Virus record (IMG/VR): IMGVR_UViG_3300025018_000434
Location: 1-29,555 of that record
Strand: one strand, 5' to 3'
Length of the DNA: 29,555 bases
From: a virus
Taxonomy: Duplodnaviria > Caudoviricetes
Of this stretch, positions 26,620-29,555 are shown one piece after another (within the stretch, counting starts at the first letter, position 1; each line of letters begins with the position of its first letter). The notes under the pieces are model-generated. The model worked only from the letters and a program-made list of their open reading frames with translations, was not told the DNA's origin and searched no databases. A program made the translations under genes and the position numbers.

Positions 26620-27372
26620 TTAATTTAAGAATTTAATAAATCCGTTTTTCTGCGAAAAGAATTCGTAGAGAGAAAACCGATGATTAGAAAAATCGTTGTT
26701 TGGGTCTCGGTTGATTATATTACCAACGTAGTTTTTAACTGCCAGCTTGAAATCCTCTTCGGTGTACCCGCTTTTTATTAGCTTACCAAAAGATACTTCT
26801 ATGTCTGGTGTTATTTTTCTGCACTCTGGAAGTAGTCTATCTCTAGCTCCAATATTTTTAAAATCAGTGATATGCCCTGGAAGTGTTTTTAAAGAGTTCC
26901 AATAATCCCTAATCCCGATATAGTTAGTTACTACTATTTCCTTTCCTTTCCTTTCCTTTCCTTGTTGACCTTTGTTCAACACTTGTTCAACACTTGTTGC
27001 TTTTTGTCTTATCTCAGCACTTTTTTTACCTGCTAAAGACCTTTTTTCAGACAAAATTTGGCGTTGTTTTTTGTTTTCTAATACCCGATTAGAGTATACA
27101 AATTCATCTTGTTCAACAAACAATCCTACTGTGATGAGCATTTGTTCAATTTTGTTCAACAAGTGTTCATTCTCTCCGTCTTTCCTGCCGTACATCTCAA
27201 TATATCCACGATAAGACTCTCTAGATATGGTGCTTTCTGGTTGTTGATGTAGTATTTCTATAATTATCCAATATATGGCTATACCTGAAAGCCCACACTG
27301 TGACAATATCTGCATCATCTTTGGATCTTGAGTTGCGTTGTAGTCGTGGGGAAAGTAAAATGTTTCTTTCAT
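26620..27372 (-). CDS. Replication initiator-like protein (DUF4373/Lin1244-like N-terminus)
   Basis: YFPHDYNA..DPK......G.SG.AIYW.IIE.L, then KRSLAGKKSA and a KGKERKGKE linker. Start placed at ATG 27372 because the longer GTG start lies in the leader hairpin. Confidence 0.8.
   Translation of the reverse strand: MKETFYFPHDYNATQDPKMMQILSQCGLSGIAIYWIIIEILHQQPESTISRESYRGYIEMYGRKDGENEHLLNKIEQMLITVGLFVEQDEFVYSNRVLENKKQRQILSEKRSLAGKKSAEIRQKATSVEQVLNKGQQGKERKGKEIVVTNYIGIRDYWNSLKTLPGHITDFKNIGARDRLLPECRKITPDIEVSFGKLIKSGYTEEDFKLAVKNYVGNIINRDPNNDFSNHRFSLYEFFSQKNGFIKFLN
26962..27169. repeat. Iteron-like TTGTTCAAC(A) repeats, candidate replication origin
   Basis: Copies at 26972, 26983, 27109 and 27152, with partial copies at 26962, 26994, 27142 and 27164. 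Adjacent to a (TTTCC)n tract at ~26937-26961. Confidence 0.7.
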
Positions 27373-27395
27373 TTGTTTTTGATTAGCCTCTAAAT

Positions 27396-27491
27396 AAAAA
27401 AAAGGATTCACTCCATAATCCTAGCCACTTCACTGGCTGACCTTTCGGTTGTTTAGATTACAGAGCAAATCCTCTTTTCTATTCGTGAAGT
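27396..27491 (-). ncRNA. Structured leader RNA: three-stem junction ending in a U-tract
   Basis: Outer stem of at least 19 bp with several G-U pairs on the minus strand only. Inner hairpins are ACC-GAAA-GGT and AGCCA-GTGAAG-TGGCT. Upstream ACTTCAC is complementary to GTGAAGT. Confidence 0.65.
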
Positions 27492-27523
27492 TATTTAATT
27501 TTATTAGTTTTAAGTACATAGCC

Positions 27524-27551
27524 AGTATAACACATACAGGAAATAAGTCAA
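27524..27551 (-). promoter_or_regulatory. Leftward promoter for the replication operon
   Basis: TTGACT-16 bp-TATACT with a TG extension. Confidence 0.6.
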
Positions 27552-27573
27552 CACATCTGAAATAGAAGTCAAC

Positions 27574-27602
27574 TTGACATTGCTATAATACTAATATACA
27601 CT
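27574..27602 (+). promoter_or_regulatory. Rightward promoter for the HTH gene
   Basis: TTGACA-17 bp-TACACT, with an additional TGcTATAAT at 27581-27589. Confidence 0.65.
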
Positions 27603-27629
27603 ATATTTTGTAATCAGTAAATAACATTT

Positions 27630-27809
27630 ATGAACGAAGACTACATCTCTAAACTTAAGAAAAACGACAAAAGAAACAAAAAAATCTATGATTTAAACCT
27701 TAAAGGCGTGTCTTTTGCAGAATTAGGGCGCATTTATGGGGTTTCAAAACAAAGGATATTTGAAATATGCAGAAAAGAGCTAATCAAAGCCAAAACAATC
27801 GAGAAGTAA
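27630..27809 (+). CDS. Small HTH DNA-binding protein (59 aa)
   Basis: Manual translation: ...RNKKIYDLNLKGVSFAELGRIYGVSKQRIFEICRK. Confidence 0.8.
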   Translation: MNEDYISKLKKNDKRNKKIYDLNLKGVSFAELGRIYGVSKQRIFEICRKELIKAKTIEK

Positions 27810-27818
27810 ACAGGGTAC

Positions 27819-27848
27819 TTGACAAGATATATCAAACCATGCTAAACT
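27819..27848 (+). promoter_or_regulatory. sigma70-type promoter
   Basis: TTGACA-18 bp-TAAACT with a TG extension. Confidence 0.6.
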
Positions 27849-27945
27849 AGAAACAGGTGAGTAGCGAGTGCGGTTAGAGTTCAACTCAACCCCCACGAAA
27901 GCCTAGTAATTATAAGTCTGATGGTGATAGGACATTAAAAAATAA

Positions 27946-28605
27946 ATGAGCGTATCACAAAAGATTGCCCAAAAAAGAAACAGCCTTTTATTCAGAATTA
28001 AATTAAAAGTACATTCAAAAATTATGGAGCATTGGCATAAATACATAAAAGTTTTGCTAATCGTTTTACTGGTAGAAATAATTATCGTAAACGCATTAGT
28101 TATAAACTATTTCCTTTCAAAAACAGAGACAATTTCGATAGTAAATGCACAGGAAGTTGGACGCGAGAGCGGTATGTTGGTGCAAGCTGATGTATCTCAA
28201 AAGGTTCTCGACTCGCAAGAGTCCGCATCTACCGAAATTGATGTGATAGGACTGATTAGAGCCAACTTCCCTGATAATGCAGAAGTAGCAATTAGAGTAT
28301 TCCAAGCCGAGAGCGGTTTAAAAGCAGACACAGAGAGTTGGTGCGATAGAACAGCAGACGACAGATCATTCTCAATCGGTTTAGCCCAAATAAACATCAC
28401 CCAGCACAAGATTGGTGAATTGGATTGTCCTAGTTCATTTAAAGGTGCTAACTACAAAGCAATAGTTATAAACGAAAAACTTTATAACGAATGTGTCAAA
28501 AAAGCAAAGAACCCCGAAGAAAATCTAAGGGTAGCTAAAAAAATTTATGATGGCAGAGGTTGGAACTCGTGGGGAGCTTATGACAAAAGTATGTTAATAA
28601 ACTAA
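27946..28605 (+). CDS. Membrane-anchored lysozyme-like/lytic transglycosylase
   Basis: N-terminal TM helix; AIRVFQAESGL, SIGLAQIN, NPEENLRVAKKIY..RGWNSWGAY. Confidence 0.85.
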   Translation: MSVSQKIAQKRNSLLFRIKLKVHSKIMEHWHKYIKVLLIVLLVEIIIVNALVINYFLSKTETISIVNAQEVGRESGMLVQADVSQKVLDSQESASTEIDVIGLIRANFPDNAEVAIRVFQAESGLKADTESWCDRTADDRSFSIGLAQINITQHKIGELDCPSSFKGANYKAIVINEKLYNECVKKAKNPEENLRVAKKIYDGRGWNSWGAYDKSMLIN

Positions 28606-28614
28606 CATAATAGT

Positions 28615-28767
28615 ATGATAGAAAATGGATACAAACGAATATATTCTAGCAAATTAAAATGTCGTAACGCTGGATTACGCATACAAGAGCATAGGCTGGT
28701 AATAGAAAAAAATATTGGGAGGACACTGGAAGAAAATAATTTAATCAATAATATACCAATTATATGA
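28615..28767 (+). pseudogene. Truncated HNH endonuclease remnant
   Basis: MIENGYKRI...QEHRLVIEKNIGRTLEE matches the N-terminal half of HNH_3-type proteins; the HH..N..N catalytic part is missing. Confidence 0.6.
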
Positions 28768-28892
28768 AACTAAGTTATCAACAATTATGTTACCTCTGCA
28801 ATATGGAGCCGGAACTATACGAAAATAAAGAGACGATGCTAAAATGGTGGAAATTTGGGCTGTGGTATAAAGCTAAACAATTAAAAAAATAG
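28764..28892 (+). CDS. Hypothetical protein (42 aa)
   Basis: MKLSYQQLCYLCNMEPELYENKETMLKWWKFGLWYKAKQLKK; ATGA-coupled. Confidence 0.45.
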   Translation: MKLSYQQLCYLCNMEPELYENKETMLKWWKFGLWYKAKQLKK

Positions 28893-28893
28893 T

Positions 28894-29031
28894 ATGGATG
28901 AAAAAGTATTAAAAATCATAGACCAAATGGATACCAGAATGTATATTTTGAGTGAACGAATAAACATAGTAAATAAGCGGATAAAAATATTAGAGGAAGA
29001 ATTAAGAGAATCTAACAAATTAAAGAAATAA
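28894..29031 (+). CDS. Hypothetical coiled-coil protein (45 aa)
   Basis: MDEKVLKIIDQMDTRMYILSERINIVNKRIKILEEEL...; 1-nt gaps on both sides. Confidence 0.55.
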   Translation: MDEKVLKIIDQMDTRMYILSERINIVNKRIKILEEELRESNKLKK

Positions 29032-29032
29032 T

Positions 29033-29269
29033 ATGGAATACGAAAAAAGCCTACAAGAATTAAAAGACTCAATCGACCAATTAAAACTGGCTCAAAATGA
29101 AATGATGGAAACTCAATTAAGACTTAACAATTTAGTTAGTGTTCTAATGGATAAAATGATAGAAAAACATATTAAAGAAACAAAATTAGAGGTTCGCGAT
29201 TTGGATAAAGATGATGCAGAATACCAAGCAGAAAATTGTGCGTTAGAAAGTGAAATGGATAATAATTAA
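29033..29269 (+). CDS. Hypothetical coiled-coil protein
   Basis: 78 aa ORF in a tightly packed plus-strand operon. Confidence 0.65.
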   Translation: MEYEKSLQELKDSIDQLKLAQNEMMETQLRLNNLVSVLMDKMIEKHIKETKLEVRDLDKDDAEYQAENCALESEMDNN

Positions 29270-29278
29270 AATAATACT

Positions 29279-29555
29279 ATGAAAGAGCTAAGAAGAATAC
29301 AACAAGAATTAAGCGTTCCAAAGGGTCAAAAGAATACTTTTGGAAACTACAACTACAGAAGTTGCGAAGATATTTTAGAAGCAGTAAAACCTTTACTAGG
29401 AACAACCGCCCTAGTTTTATCAGATGAGATAGTTATGAGTGGAGAAAGATTTTATGTCAAAGCAACAGCCAAACTTTTCACTGGGACTGAATCAATAGAA
29501 AACACAGCTTTTGCTAGAGAGGCAACAGAAAAAAAAGGAATGGATGCAGCACAAA
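29279..29555 (+). CDS. erf: ERF-family single-strand annealing protein (runs off the window edge)
   Basis: MKELRRIQQELSVPKGQKNTFGNYNYRSCEDILEAVKPLL...RFYVKATA...AFARE...KKGMDAAQ. Confidence 0.9.
   Translation, partial: MKELRRIQQELSVPKGQKNTFGNYNYRSCEDILEAVKPLLGTTALVLSDEIVMSGERFYVKATAKLFTGTESIENTAFAREATEKKGMDAAQ

Noticed and set aside
26937-26961. (TTTCC)n as a phase-variable microsatellite
   Set aside because: It encodes the KGKERKGKE linker commonly seen in such initiator proteins, and the frame is intact.
27890-27930. Hammerhead ribozyme (GAAA ... CTGATG)
   Set aside because: The core lacks CUGANGA, and there is too little sequence between the elements for stems I and III.
28117-29072. 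Minus-strand ORFs 28117-28305, 28197-28409 and 28881-29072
   Set aside because: Antisense to better-supported plus-strand genes.
1-29555. Stop-codon reassignment
   Set aside because: Long genes are intact in code 11, and TAA, TAG and TGA all end genes at tight junctions.
1-29555. tRNA, rRNA, integrase, reverse transcriptase/DGR, cas genes
   Set aside because: No recognisable motifs or TR/VR repeat pair were seen by eye. tRNAscan and a self-dotplot would be needed to exclude them fully.

Overview
Segment of a tailed dsDNA phage or prophage genome, probably podovirus-like: there is no tape-measure gene, and there are ejection-type proteins and a nozzle/adaptor-type tail module. The minus strand carries a replication/DNA-metabolism block (DUF4373-like initiator with internal iteron-like repeats, Prim-Pol/DnaB-like fusion, MT-A70 methyltransferase, HNH, RusA-like). 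A morphogenesis operon follows: TerS, TerL, portal, scaffold, SU10/DUF5309-like major capsid, a shortened GroEL-like chaperonin, a cassette of three glycosyltransferase genes plus a nitroreductase interleaved with HNH genes, adaptor, fibres, a 14-aa repeat protein, nozzle, a Peptidase_G2 tail spike, a pilot/ejection protein, and a large truncated protein with an ADP-ribosyltransferase-like domain. The plus strand at the right end carries an HTH regulator, a membrane-anchored lysozyme-like protein, small ORFs and an ERF recombinase. Near-consensus sigma70 promoters with SD-less, A-rich or leaderless starts suggest, by inference only, a Patescibacteria (CPR)-like host. The most notable items are a candidate virion folding and glycosylation module between head and tail genes, two leader RNAs in which an upstream 7-nt box is complementary to a hairpin loop, and an HNH gene split at an A11/A_AAA_AAG slippery site. 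All family assignments come from motif recognition by eye, with no database search.
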